Assembly: GCA_963737155.1 (NCBI GenBank)
Contig: CAVTRN010000001.1
Location: 640,001 to 704,000 of the forward strand
Length of the DNA stretch: 64,000 bases
Source: Nitrospirota bacterium
Lineage (GTDB): Bacteria; Nitrospirota; UBA9217
Direction: 5' to 3'
Position numbers and translations under genes: made by a program. Positions 41,601 to 50,467 of this stretch are shown here, piece after piece. Position 1 is the stretch's first letter. The number at the start of each line of letters is the position of its first letter. Under the pieces are notes generated by a model. The model did no database searches. It saw nothing but the letters and a program-made list of their open reading frames with translations, and had not been told where the DNA came from.

Positions 41601-41738
41601 AAAAGAAATGGATTCCACGCCGTCGCGCAAATTTCTCCAATATTCATCGACGTTTTTGGCGCCGGGAAAACGGCCAGACATCCCGATAATGGCTATTTCC
41701 GAGCCATTCCTAGAGCTAGATGAAGAAGCGTTACTCAT
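38619..41738 (-). CDS. Type I PKS, minimal module KS-AT(malonyl)-carrier domain
   Basis: KS IAIIGMSGRFPGA, TACSTS, ETHGTAT, NIGH. AT FSGQGSQY, GHSIG, HAFH. Carrier FFDLGGSSL. No KR, DH, ER or TE. Confidence 0.95.
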   Translation of the reverse strand: MSNASSSSSRNGSEIAIIGMSGRFPGAKNVDEYWRNLRDGVESISFFTAEELESSGIDPVLLHDPNYVKAKGILEDTELFDASFFGFTPLEAETMDPQHRHFLECAWEALESAGYNPERYEGLIGVWGGVGMNNYYLNNLYPNRALMESVGSVQMMIGNDKDFVTTRVSYKMNLRGPSVVVQTACSTSLVAVCQACQSLLSGECDMALAGASSISFPKKVGYLYQDGAIFSPDGHCKAFDASAQGTVFSNAVGIVVLKRLEEALADGDCIHAVIKGAALNNDGSFKVGFTAPSVEGQAKVIRTAQMMAEVKPESITYIETHGTATAMGDPIEIAALTQAFRAGTQKKGFCAIGSVKTNIGHTDNAAGIAGLIKTVLMLKNRCIPPSLHFEKPNPQIDFAQSPFYVNTQLSEWKTDAFPRRAGVSSFGIGGTNAHVIVEEAPVIEASGKSRPWKLLLLSAKTNNALENVTKNLVQHLKQHPEVDFADVVYTLQKERKVFNHRRMAVCRDIHDAVVVLETLNTERVLTSFQEPVKRDVVFMFSGQGSQYVNMGLELYKTELVFREQIDQCSDILHPYLSFDLRDVLYPNENSLEKSGQLLMQTYITQPALFAIEYALAKLWMSWGVTPAALVGHSIGEYVAACLAGVFSLKDALTLVAARGRLIQDLPGGSMLVVPLSEKEIQPYLGSKLSLAVINGPSLCVVSGEKEPLEDLKKQLMARNLACQYLKTSHAFHSEMMEPILSVFSEKVKQASPKPPRIPFLSNVTGTWITPGEAVDPGYWARHMRSTVRFSDCLHELMKEPNRVLLEVGPGQTFMVLANLQQNKTKDHIVLASTHHPKDVTSDSAFILNALGRIWLAGVQIDWSGFYADEGRHRLPLPTYPFERKRFFIESVGNNGKVDRQALPDSTSICSELGPVFVAPGVAAGPVSTSIIPELESVCVASRTEIENTITAIWQEVLHLEKIGINDNFFDLGGSSLSSVNLIAKINHSFNVNIPMKVIFQERTVAKLAHLVEKSKIPNAELINLQKKRTDLKKAINLIG

Positions 41739-44700
41739 CTTGAAGGCTCCCTTCCATCAGGCCTGCTTGTTCTCTCTGTCTAATTCGTTGATGCAACCGG
41801 TTCTTCCCCTCTTTTAACTTCTCGGCCCTATCGTCATTTTTATTAGAAGGAATTTGCTCACTTCCTCCCACGCTTAAATAGTGAGACAGCGAGTTTATTG
41901 TCGGGTACTTGAACATGTCAAGCATGGACACATTCCGTTCCAGTTTGTTGCACAGTCTGCCGTGAACCTGGGCCATACGTAATGAATTGCCGCCCAAATC
42001 GAAAAAATTATCATTTACGCCTGTCTTTTCCAGATGAAGCACCTCTTGCCATATAGCAGCGATCGTGCGCTCTATTTCCGACCCAGGAGCCATATAGACA
42101 GATTCTAGCTCAGGACGGTGGCTTGCTGGAGCTGACAGGGATCGGCGATCTATCTTGCCATTCAGTGTCAAAGGAAACTTTTCCATCATCGTGAAGCTAC
42201 TTGGCACCATATACTCAGGCAGCTGTTCCCTCAGATATTGGCGCAATTCACTGATAGAAAGGTTTCGGTTCGCATTTGGGATGATATAAGCAGCCAGCTG
42301 TTTGTCCCCAGGGGTGTCCTCTCGGGCTATGACCACAACGTGGCGAACGGCTTCATGCCCTCCTAATACTGTTTCTATCTCGCCTATTTCTATACGAAAT
42401 CCTCGGATCTTGACCTGGTTATCCAAGCGGACAAGGTACTCCAGTTTTCCGTCTGGCAGATAACGGACCAAATCGCCAGTGCGGTATAAACGGGTCCCAG
42501 CTATTTTACTGAACAGATCAGGGATGAACTTTTGTACCGTCAGCTCTGGGCGATTTAAATAACCGCGTGCGAGCCCATCACCGCCGATCAACAACTCGCC
42601 GGGTACTCCTATCGGCAAAAGCTGGAGGTGCTTGTCGACGACGTAGAATTGCGTGTTTGCAATCGGCTGGCCTATCGACACAGACTCTCCCTCCTTGACC
42701 TGGCTGACAGCGGACCAGATAGTCGTTTCTGTCGGTCCGTACATGTTCCAGAGAGAAGCACACTTCGACAGCAGAGGCCTAGCCAGTTCCTGCGACCATG
42801 CCTCACCACCGCAAAGAATCTTCAATCGAGGATTTCCTTCCCAGCCCGATTCCAGCAATAGGCGCCACGTGGTTGGAGTGGCTTGCATCACCGTAGCTCT
42901 GCTTCGGGTCATGGCCATTGCTAATTGTTTCCCATCCATGACCACTTCTTGAGGCACGATTACAACCTTGGCCCCGGTTGTTAGCGGCAACCAAAGTTCC
43001 AGACCCAAAATATCGAAGGATATGGTCGTAACTGATAAGAGAGTATCGTGCTCATCCATTCCCGGCGATCTACGCATAGAGTTCAGAAAATTGACTACTG
43101 CACGATGGGATATTTCAACTCCTTTCGGATTACCCGTCGAGCCAGAAGTATAGAGGACATAAGCCAGATTGCTAGAACTCGGACGATCAGCAGCAGCTTG
43201 CGGCGCAACCGTCTCCGGTAAGGCATCAACACATATCACTTTTGCCTGGTGCGGCGGAGTCTCATCCAGTAACTTCTTCAAGGTAACCAGCACCGGAGGC
43301 TTTGCATCCGCAAGCATGAACGCCAATCGTTCCCGCGGGAACATTCTATCCAGCGGCAGGTAAGCGCCGCCAGCCTTGAGAATCCCCAGTAAGGCGATTA
43401 CCATCTCGAGGGAGCGGTCCATGAAGAGCCCTACGAGTATATCGGGACCAACCCCTAGCCCTCTCAGGTGCTGAGCGAGTTGATTGGCGCGATCATTAAG
43501 TTCACCGTAGGTCAGTGTCTGTTGCTCGAACACCAGGGCCACCTGATCGGGAATTCGCAAGCCCTGCTCTTCGATCAGTTGGTGCAAACAGAGATCTTTC
43601 CCGCGATAGGCCACTGTTGTATCATTCCAATTCACCAGCAGTTGCTGACGTTCAGCTTCGGTGAGCATCGGTAACATAGAAATACTCTGGTCTGGATCGG
43701 AGACTATTGCCTCTAGAAGTTTTTCGTAATGTTTACACAGACGTTGGATGGTATGGGCTTCAAATAAATCGGTACTGTACTCAATCAACCCTTCGAGATG
43801 GTTTCCGGTCTCAGAGAGGAGCAGCGTCAGATCAAACTTTGATGTTCCCGTCTCCAGTGTTCGGTTGCCGGACACCTTCGATACCTCCGAGACTCCGTCA
43901 GGGTTGTGGACAACGAACATCACCTGAAAGAGAGGAGTGCGGCTCGGATCCCGCTCCGGTGTCATTTCCGAAACGAGATGCCCGAAGGGAAGGTCTGCAT
44001 GAGCATAGGCACCTATGGCCCGCTCACGCACTTGTTGCAGCAGGGAGCGGAAGTCCAGGCCGTCATTGAACTTCGCGCGCAAGACGACTGTGTTGAGGAA
44101 GTAGCCGATCATGCGCTCAGTTTCTCTGTGAGTTCGGCCGGTAATGGGGGTCCCCACCAGGATGTCGCCCTGGCCCGTATAGCGGTGCAACAAGGCCATA
44201 AAACTTGCCTCAAGAATCATAAACAGGGTGGCGTTCTCCCGTCGACCCAGAGATTTTATTCGCTCCAATAACTCCTTGGACAACTCAAAGATCTCTGTCG
44301 ATCCACGAAAGCTCTGCACGGCAGGGCGTTGCTTGTCGGTGGGCAGTTCTAGAATGAATGGAGCACCCGCCAGTTCTTCCTTCCAGTAAGATACCTGCCT
44401 CTGTAGTACTTCTCCCTGTAACCAATTTCGCTGCCAACAGGCAAAATCTGCATATTGGATTGGCAACTCCGAAAGAGGAGACGGCTGATTTTGAGAAAAA
44501 GCCTCAAAAAGTTGATTTACTTCCTGGTGAATTATCTCCATGGACCATTCGTCAGCAATAATGTGGTGGATGGTCAGCAGCAACCTGTGTTCTTGATTGG
44601 TCAGATGGACCATGGTCCCTCGAAATAGAGGGGCTTGAGACAAGTCGAAGGGCTTTCGCCCCTCCTCATGCACAACACGGAGCCATTCGCGTTCTTGCTC

Positions 44701-46986
44701 CTGCTCAGGCAAAGAACGTAAATCCAATTCTGACAGCGTCAGGTCGATCATCGGCAGAACAACCTGCATCGGTTGTCCTTCATTGTGAGAAAAGGCGGTG
44801 CGCAATACTTCATGGCGGCGCACCAACTCCATCATGGCTCTTCTCATCGTTTCCGCGTCATACTCCCCACCGATACGGATCACGTCCACGAGATTGTAGA
44901 CAGGACTGCCGGGTGACAGTTGGTCCAAAAACCAGAGCGGTTCCTGAGTAAAGGATAGTGAACATGGTCCACTCTGTTTACGCTGCCCGATCTCTTGAAT
45001 ACTTCCACCCTTGGCTTTAGTCAGGGCCTTGGACACATCGGTAATGGTAGGGTTTTCAAACAAAGTTTCGATCTCTAGATCCACGCCGAATACATCACGA
45101 ATTCTCGATATGGCCTTAATCGCCAGCAATGAATGCCCACCCAAATCAAAAAAACTGTCGTTGATCCCGATATTCTCCACTTTTAGCAATTCGGTCCAAA
45201 TGGCAGCGAGGGCCTTCTCGGTTTCCGTGTGTGGCCTGACGAAATCGTGGGAGGCTGCGAGATTATCGGAAGTGGGCGCCGGCAGAGATTTTCGATCAAT
45301 CTTTCCGTTCGATGTGAGCGGCAGCCGGTCCAGCCTGATAAAATAGGGGGGGAGCATGTAAGCGGGCAATTCCTGGGCGAGGTGGGCGCGCAGCTCCGCC
45401 GCGTTCAACGACTTCTCGCTCACATAATATGCGACCAGCCTATTGATACTCATCTCACCAGTTTTCGACGGCTCAGCGCTGTCCGCCATTTGTTTGCTGT
45501 CCCAGCCAACTACATCGACTACACACTCGCGAACGTCGGCGTGTTTCAGGAGACGGGCCTCGATCTCCCCCAGCTCAATGCGTACGCCGCCAACTTTCAC
45601 CTGATTATCAACGCGTCCCAGGAATTCCATGCTTCCCTTGGCGTTCCATCGAGCGAGATCTCCAGTCTTGTAGAGGCGCAACAACGCTGACCCAATGACT
45701 GATGATTTTGCTGCCGGCAAATTTTGTCTCGGGTCCTTCGCCGTTACGAATTTCTCCTCGGTGAGCTCTGGCCGATTGACGTAGCCGCGGGCCAATCCAT
45801 CCCCTGCTATGCACATCTCGCCTATGTCGCCAATGGGCACAGGGTTGAGGTTCTCGTCGAGAATAAAGATGCAGGTATTGGCAGCAGGATTTCCAATGGG
45901 GACCGAAGGGGCGAGATCGTTCTCTCTATCATAACGGTGAATCATGCAACCGACGGTGGCCTCCGTGGGGCCGTACTCGTTGTATATCTCCACCGGGTAG
46001 CCGGCGTTGCGAGTAATATCGCTTGCCAGCTCAGTCTTGAAATCCTCGCCGCCGACGATGAACTTGCGAATCTTGGTGGCACTCGAGACCATCCCTTTTA
46101 TCATGGCAAGGTGAGCTGGCGTCAGCTTCACGATGTCAGCCACGTTGTCCTCAATAACTTTGAAAATCACCGTGCCGTGCACACCCGGGTCTTCATGATA
46201 GACGACAATGTGGCCACCGGAAATAAGGGGCGTGAATATCGATGTTACCGTGAGATCAAATGCAAGAGAGGAAAACAATGGCCAGGTCAGCCGTTCACCC
46301 CTGCAGTACTTCTCGTTCGCCCACCAGATGTAATTCACCAAGCTACGGTGCTCGATCATAACGCCCTTGGGCGTGCCTGTGGAGCCGGAAGTGTAGATAA
46401 CGTAGGCGAGATTGTTTGGGGACACGGGAAACCGTGGATTTGTGACCGGATATTGCCCGATCGAAGCGAAGTCGGCATCCAACGTTATCACTCGCGCTAT
46501 GCCGTCCGGAAGGTCCCTCGCAAAACTCGATTGGGTCACCAACACGGGCATAGTTCCCGCAAGTCCTTTTGCAATATCCTGCAATATGAAGACAAGGCGC
46601 TCTTTCGGGGTGTTAATATCAATAGGCACATATGCAGCACCAGCCTTAAGCACTCCGAGCATTGAGCAAACAACCTCGATTGAGTTTCCCATGTACAGGG
46701 CGACGAGTTGATCCGCATCGGTGCCGAGTGTGCGGAGTTTCACTGCCATCTGATTCGCGCGGTCGTTCAGCTCACGATACGTCAACCCTTGATCGCCAGA
46801 ATGGATGGCCTCATCCTCTGGCGTGCGCTCTACCTGGGCTTCAAAGAGTTCAACTATTGTTTTGTCTGCGGGATATGGCGCCGCAGACTTGTTGTATTCG
46901 ATAACCAGCGACTGATACCCGCGCTCCAACTGAGGGGCTAACGAATCGATGGGCCGATCGATCACGTAGTCCTTTTCGTTGCTCAT
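41731..46986 (-). CDS. NRPS: A(Asn-type)-T-C-A(Gly-type)-T
   Basis: Two complete A domains, T motifs LGGHSL and LGGNSL, C domain HHIIADEWS. Codes read manually: DLTKIGEVGK and DILQLGMIWK. Start set at ATG 46986, shared with the paralogue. Overlaps the PKS start. Confidence 0.95.
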   Translation of the reverse strand: MSNEKDYVIDRPIDSLAPQLERGYQSLVIEYNKSAAPYPADKTIVELFEAQVERTPEDEAIHSGDQGLTYRELNDRANQMAVKLRTLGTDADQLVALYMGNSIEVVCSMLGVLKAGAAYVPIDINTPKERLVFILQDIAKGLAGTMPVLVTQSSFARDLPDGIARVITLDADFASIGQYPVTNPRFPVSPNNLAYVIYTSGSTGTPKGVMIEHRSLVNYIWWANEKYCRGERLTWPLFSSLAFDLTVTSIFTPLISGGHIVVYHEDPGVHGTVIFKVIEDNVADIVKLTPAHLAMIKGMVSSATKIRKFIVGGEDFKTELASDITRNAGYPVEIYNEYGPTEATVGCMIHRYDRENDLAPSVPIGNPAANTCIFILDENLNPVPIGDIGEMCIAGDGLARGYVNRPELTEEKFVTAKDPRQNLPAAKSSVIGSALLRLYKTGDLARWNAKGSMEFLGRVDNQVKVGGVRIELGEIEARLLKHADVRECVVDVVGWDSKQMADSAEPSKTGEMSINRLVAYYVSEKSLNAAELRAHLAQELPAYMLPPYFIRLDRLPLTSNGKIDRKSLPAPTSDNLAASHDFVRPHTETEKALAAIWTELLKVENIGINDSFFDLGGHSLLAIKAISRIRDVFGVDLEIETLFENPTITDVSKALTKAKGGSIQEIGQRKQSGPCSLSFTQEPLWFLDQLSPGSPVYNLVDVIRIGGEYDAETMRRAMMELVRRHEVLRTAFSHNEGQPMQVVLPMIDLTLSELDLRSLPEQEQEREWLRVVHEEGRKPFDLSQAPLFRGTMVHLTNQEHRLLLTIHHIIADEWSMEIIHQEVNQLFEAFSQNQPSPLSELPIQYADFACWQRNWLQGEVLQRQVSYWKEELAGAPFILELPTDKQRPAVQSFRGSTEIFELSKELLERIKSLGRRENATLFMILEASFMALLHRYTGQGDILVGTPITGRTHRETERMIGYFLNTVVLRAKFNDGLDFRSLLQQVRERAIGAYAHADLPFGHLVSEMTPERDPSRTPLFQVMFVVHNPDGVSEVSKVSGNRTLETGTSKFDLTLLLSETGNHLEGLIEYSTDLFEAHTIQRLCKHYEKLLEAIVSDPDQSISMLPMLTEAERQQLLVNWNDTTVAYRGKDLCLHQLIEEQGLRIPDQVALVFEQQTLTYGELNDRANQLAQHLRGLGVGPDILVGLFMDRSLEMVIALLGILKAGGAYLPLDRMFPRERLAFMLADAKPPVLVTLKKLLDETPPHQAKVICVDALPETVAPQAAADRPSSSNLAYVLYTSGSTGNPKGVEISHRAVVNFLNSMRRSPGMDEHDTLLSVTTISFDILGLELWLPLTTGAKVVIVPQEVVMDGKQLAMAMTRSRATVMQATPTTWRLLLESGWEGNPRLKILCGGEAWSQELARPLLSKCASLWNMYGPTETTIWSAVSQVKEGESVSIGQPIANTQFYVVDKHLQLLPIGVPGELLIGGDGLARGYLNRPELTVQKFIPDLFSKIAGTRLYRTGDLVRYLPDGKLEYLVRLDNQVKIRGFRIEIGEIETVLGGHEAVRHVVVIAREDTPGDKQLAAYIIPNANRNLSISELRQYLREQLPEYMVPSSFTMMEKFPLTLNGKIDRRSLSAPASHRPELESVYMAPGSEIERTIAAIWQEVLHLEKTGVNDNFFDLGGNSLRMAQVHGRLCNKLERNVSMLDMFKYPTINSLSHYLSVGGSEQIPSNKNDDRAEKLKEGKNRLHQRIRQREQAGLMEGSLQDE

Positions 46987-46991
46987 ATGCT
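45113..46991. repeat. Near-identical ~1.88 kb direct repeat, copy A (A-T didomain)
   Basis: Matches 34632-36510. The one amino-acid difference seen is ISGGHIVV vs ISGGRIVV. Confidence 0.95.
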
Positions 46992-47031
46992 GTTCTCCTC
47001 TTTCAGCCAACTGAAGACCATTTTCATAATT

Positions 47032-47916
47032 TCATTCGCTCCGCTTTGGTTGTATAAGAACATCAGGTAAATCCAGTTCGTCCACGTGATCGTCAACGAT
47101 CGAAATATTACCGTTGCCGTGAATGCTGTTGATGAAACTCGATATTCTGTAGCTCAATGAATTAAACTCGTAAGTAATCTTGATTCGTCCTTGATTTCGC
47201 ACAAATGATTCTCTAAACATTAATGTAAGAAGATCTTCATCTGATATCAAGTCCATAAACTTACGTTTAAGCATGTCGTAACAGTCATAATAGTTCATTT
47301 GGATCGAAAATCGGTGATCTGTACCGTACGAAAAATCATCAAGTGTTCTTTCATGCCTTTTGAGAACGAGGGTCTCTCGGTCGAAGAGAATTTTCTGGAT
47401 GCGTCCGCCGTTGATCGATGCATCACTGTCAAGGATGAACGGGGAGCACGTTCCGAAACTCATTCCGTTGGGCAATGTTGAAGCTTTCTTGAGGTGGGTT
47501 TCTTGAGGTAATCGAAGCGCACTTATGATTTGAGATCGATCGATAAAGCATCCGGTTTCCGGGGTAACAATCGCGTACAGGGCCCCTGTATCCGGACACT
47601 CAAAATAAAGAGCTTTGATGACATTCAACGGACTCCATTCACCCAAAAGCTCCGCCTTTTCGTAGCATGTGTTCGTTTTTTTCGGATGCGTGACAATGCT
47701 ACACTCACCATGACTTTTCTCAAAATGATCAGCGATGTACTCAAGACCCCATTTCGACAGAAATAGCTTTCGAAATTCCTCACCATTAACTTGAAGTTCT
47801 TTCGCAAAACTTGGCAAGCACTTCCCATTCAATGATGGATCATTTTTTTCAATATCATAGTCTTCGGGTGTAAGTGGTGATGCCTGGGACTTCAATCGAT
47901 AAGAGCTCATAATCAA
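47032..47916 (-). CDS. Hypothetical protein with a YbaK/ProXp (aminoacyl-tRNA editing)-like domain
   Basis: HPKKTNTCYEKAELLG...VIKALYF, GMSFGTCSPF, ILFD, SYG..HRFSIQM match the order and spacing of YbaK/INS family motifs as I recall them. Confidence 0.6.
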   Translation of the reverse strand: MIMSSYRLKSQASPLTPEDYDIEKNDPSLNGKCLPSFAKELQVNGEEFRKLFLSKWGLEYIADHFEKSHGECSIVTHPKKTNTCYEKAELLGEWSPLNVIKALYFECPDTGALYAIVTPETGCFIDRSQIISALRLPQETHLKKASTLPNGMSFGTCSPFILDSDASINGGRIQKILFDRETLVLKRHERTLDDFSYGTDHRFSIQMNYYDCYDMLKRKFMDLISDEDLLTLMFRESFVRNQGRIKITYEFNSLSYRISSFINSIHGNGNISIVDDHVDELDLPDVLIQPKRSE

Positions 47917-48215
47917 TCCCTAAGAGGAGCATAGTTTCGGTTCTGCTCCAGTACCAATGTCGATATATTCGATTCGAAAAGAAGATTTGGATGAATGTAA
48001 ACTTTCAGAACCTGCCCGCATTCCTGTTATGTTCGTGAGTAGAAATTCTTTTGGTTGGTGAAGCGTAATCGCATGATGCTACTTTTTACCGTGTCGCTGG
48101 CCAGGCTCTCGGCATGATACATCTTGCAAGTCTGCAGATCCTGTCCGGGTGATCCCCCCGGCCGGGTCTCCCCGCCAATGTAAAGCTTGTGTCTCGAGTG
48201 CTTCTTCTTGTATAT

Positions 48216-49364
48216 TCATAGCGACCATCCAATCACTTCCTTCATAATTTCATTTGTGCCAGCGTAAATTCGTTGTCCGCGTCCATCCGCCCACATGCGG
48301 GCGATCGGATATTCCAGCATATAGCCGTAGCCGCCATGCAACTGAACACATTCATCGACGATGCGCCACTCACAGTCAGTGAGCCAATACTTCGCCATGG
48401 CAGCGGTAATAGCGTCGAGCTGACCTGCGATGAAACGCTCTATGCAGTTGTCGATAAAAATCCGACCAATGTGGGCTTCGGTCTTGCATTCGGCCAGTTT
48501 GAAACGCGTATTCTGAAAATCAATCAGTGGCTTGCCGAACACAATGCGCTCTTTCACATACTTAGTCGTTATGGCCACAGCTCGTTCTGCTGTTGCGATT
48601 GCGGCAACGCCAATCGTGAGGCGCTCATAGGGTAATTGCGCCATCATTTGAGAAAATCCTTTGCCTTCAGCGGGACCTAGAAGGTTTGAGGCCGGAACAC
48701 GCACGTCATCGAAGAAAAGCTCGCAGGTATCCCGTTCATGCATACCGATTTTTTCGAAAGGGTGGCCAACTTTGTATCCGGGAAGATCCTTCGTTTCGAC
48801 GATGATGAGCGAGATGCCTTTCGGGCCGACAGCTTTAGCGTCGGTCTTCACGGCAAGGCAGACAATACCTGCTAGCCAACCGTTGGTGATGAACGTCTTT
48901 GAGCCATTGATTACATAGTGATCACCGTCGCGACGAGCGGTGGTTTTGATGCTCTGCACGTCCGAGCCGGCAGTAGGTTCGCTCATAGCAATTGCGCCCA
49001 CCAGCTCGCCACGCGCCATGGGAGGGAGCCACTTGCGTTTCTGCTCCTCACTACCGTAGGCGAGGATATAATGTGCCATAATGCTATGGACCGTACAGCC
49101 AAAGTGGACTCCCGCTTGAGCGAGCTCCTCTATAATGACAGCTTCGTAAGCGAAGGTACCTCCTCCGCCATATTCTTCTGGTGCGTCTGGGAGCAGGATG
49201 CCTATGCCACCCGCTGCTATCCAAGCTTCGGCATCGGGATAATGCTGTTGACGCCAACGGGCTTGGTGCGGCACGAATTCTTTTTGTATGAATTTGCGGA
49301 CCGTTTCGCGAAACATCCGAAGCTCGTCATTCATCCACGAAGATTGGTAGGCAATAGGAGACAT
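48216..49364 (-). CDS. Acyl-CoA dehydrogenase (LCAD-type catalytic arrangement)
   Basis: [56 protein letters not shown]. Confidence 0.95.
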   Translation of the reverse strand: MSPIAYQSSWMNDELRMFRETVRKFIQKEFVPHQARWRQQHYPDAEAWIAAGGIGILLPDAPEEYGGGGTFAYEAVIIEELAQAGVHFGCTVHSIMAHYILAYGSEEQKRKWLPPMARGELVGAIAMSEPTAGSDVQSIKTTARRDGDHYVINGSKTFITNGWLAGIVCLAVKTDAKAVGPKGISLIIVETKDLPGYKVGHPFEKIGMHERDTCELFFDDVRVPASNLLGPAEGKGFSQMMAQLPYERLTIGVAAIATAERAVAITTKYVKERIVFGKPLIDFQNTRFKLAECKTEAHIGRIFIDNCIERFIAGQLDAITAAMAKYWLTDCEWRIVDECVQLHGGYGYMLEYPIARMWADGRGQRIYAGTNEIMKEVIGWSL

Positions 49365-49457
49365 TTTGAGACCTCTGCGCTGAAATTATAGCTATATATT
49401 TGACAATACAAGTACTGACGCACCTAGACTTTGCAGAATTTTCTTTACCGGCATGTT

Positions 49458-50306
49458 TCAGGAGTCAGCAAAAATCTCCATCCACCGTGATTTAAGCAGC
49501 CCCATTCTCACAATATTATGCCATGTGCTGTTGATCAGAGCGTCGTCGAGAAACAGCCCCTCCAGTTCAAATCCAAACTTGCTGTTCAAATTGATGTTAC
49601 GTATATTCGCATTTCCTGAATGAATAAAGACCTTGTTAAAATTAAGAATGCAAAAAACGTAATACAAAAAAACGAATGTGGCATGTTTCCCTATCCCTTT
49701 TCCCTGCGAATTTAACTCACCGACCAGTTTTTTCATTTCCAATTTTTTTGACTCATTATCAAGAGAGTCCGCGCCAATAATCCCAACTGGTTTTTCGCAA
49801 TAATATATCCCAAAATAGGTTCGACCATAATATTCAAAATACTTTATTAAATCACTTTCTGTGTCAGGCAGTGCGGGTATAAAATTATACTTGATCCCCG
49901 GCTGACTCAACCAGTTCGCGACTTGGTTGTACAGTTCCGGCCGGAGTGGCGATATTTCGACGTCCTCAATTCTTAATTTCTTCTCTGTGGACCAGTTATC
50001 TTTAATGTCGCTAACTCTAAACAGATCATTATAAAATTGATTGCCGCCCTTCTGAATTCTCTTGTCTTTGATCAGACAGTCCAGTAAATGAGTCGACACT
50101 GAGACAATATCTTTTTCCTCGACGCCGAAATTGATGAGTTCCTTATAAAATCCCTTAGAAATTATTTTTAACATTTGCTGCTGCTGCAGATCTTGAACTT
50201 CAGGGTCGGTTTCTGGGCCCATAGGTGCTTGCTGTACCTCGGTCAATTTCAGGTTTTCAGCCATGCCGTCGAACATCGGTAATCTGTTTTTTTGCATTGC
50301 AGTCAT
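49458..50306 (-). CDS. GNAT N-acyltransferase (RimJ/PseH-like) with a helical N-terminal extension
   Basis: QGKGIGK acyl-CoA motif A, LNFNKV, NIRNINLNSKFGFELEG, VRMGLL. Confidence 0.82.
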   Translation of the reverse strand: MTAMQKNRLPMFDGMAENLKLTEVQQAPMGPETDPEVQDLQQQQMLKIISKGFYKELINFGVEEKDIVSVSTHLLDCLIKDKRIQKGGNQFYNDLFRVSDIKDNWSTEKKLRIEDVEISPLRPELYNQVANWLSQPGIKYNFIPALPDTESDLIKYFEYYGRTYFGIYYCEKPVGIIGADSLDNESKKLEMKKLVGELNSQGKGIGKHATFVFLYYVFCILNFNKVFIHSGNANIRNINLNSKFGFELEGLFLDDALINSTWHNIVRMGLLKSRWMEIFADS

Positions 50307-50467
50307 TTTTCCTTCACCGTCGATTTTTCTGAGAAGATTCTCCGAATTATCGGGAAAAGACGACCTCTCTTGCTGCCAGCATGGATACGAACAACATAAT
50401 GTTCAAAATTGTAGCCCGCTTGACCGTATGCCTCCGGCCGGTAAAGAAGAAGGGAACACGGCTGGCA

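Noticed and set aside
41731-46986. Colibactin/xenocoumacin-type N-acyl-D-Asn prodrug mechanism
   Set aside because: No starter C domain, epimerisation domain or ClbP-like peptidase is present.
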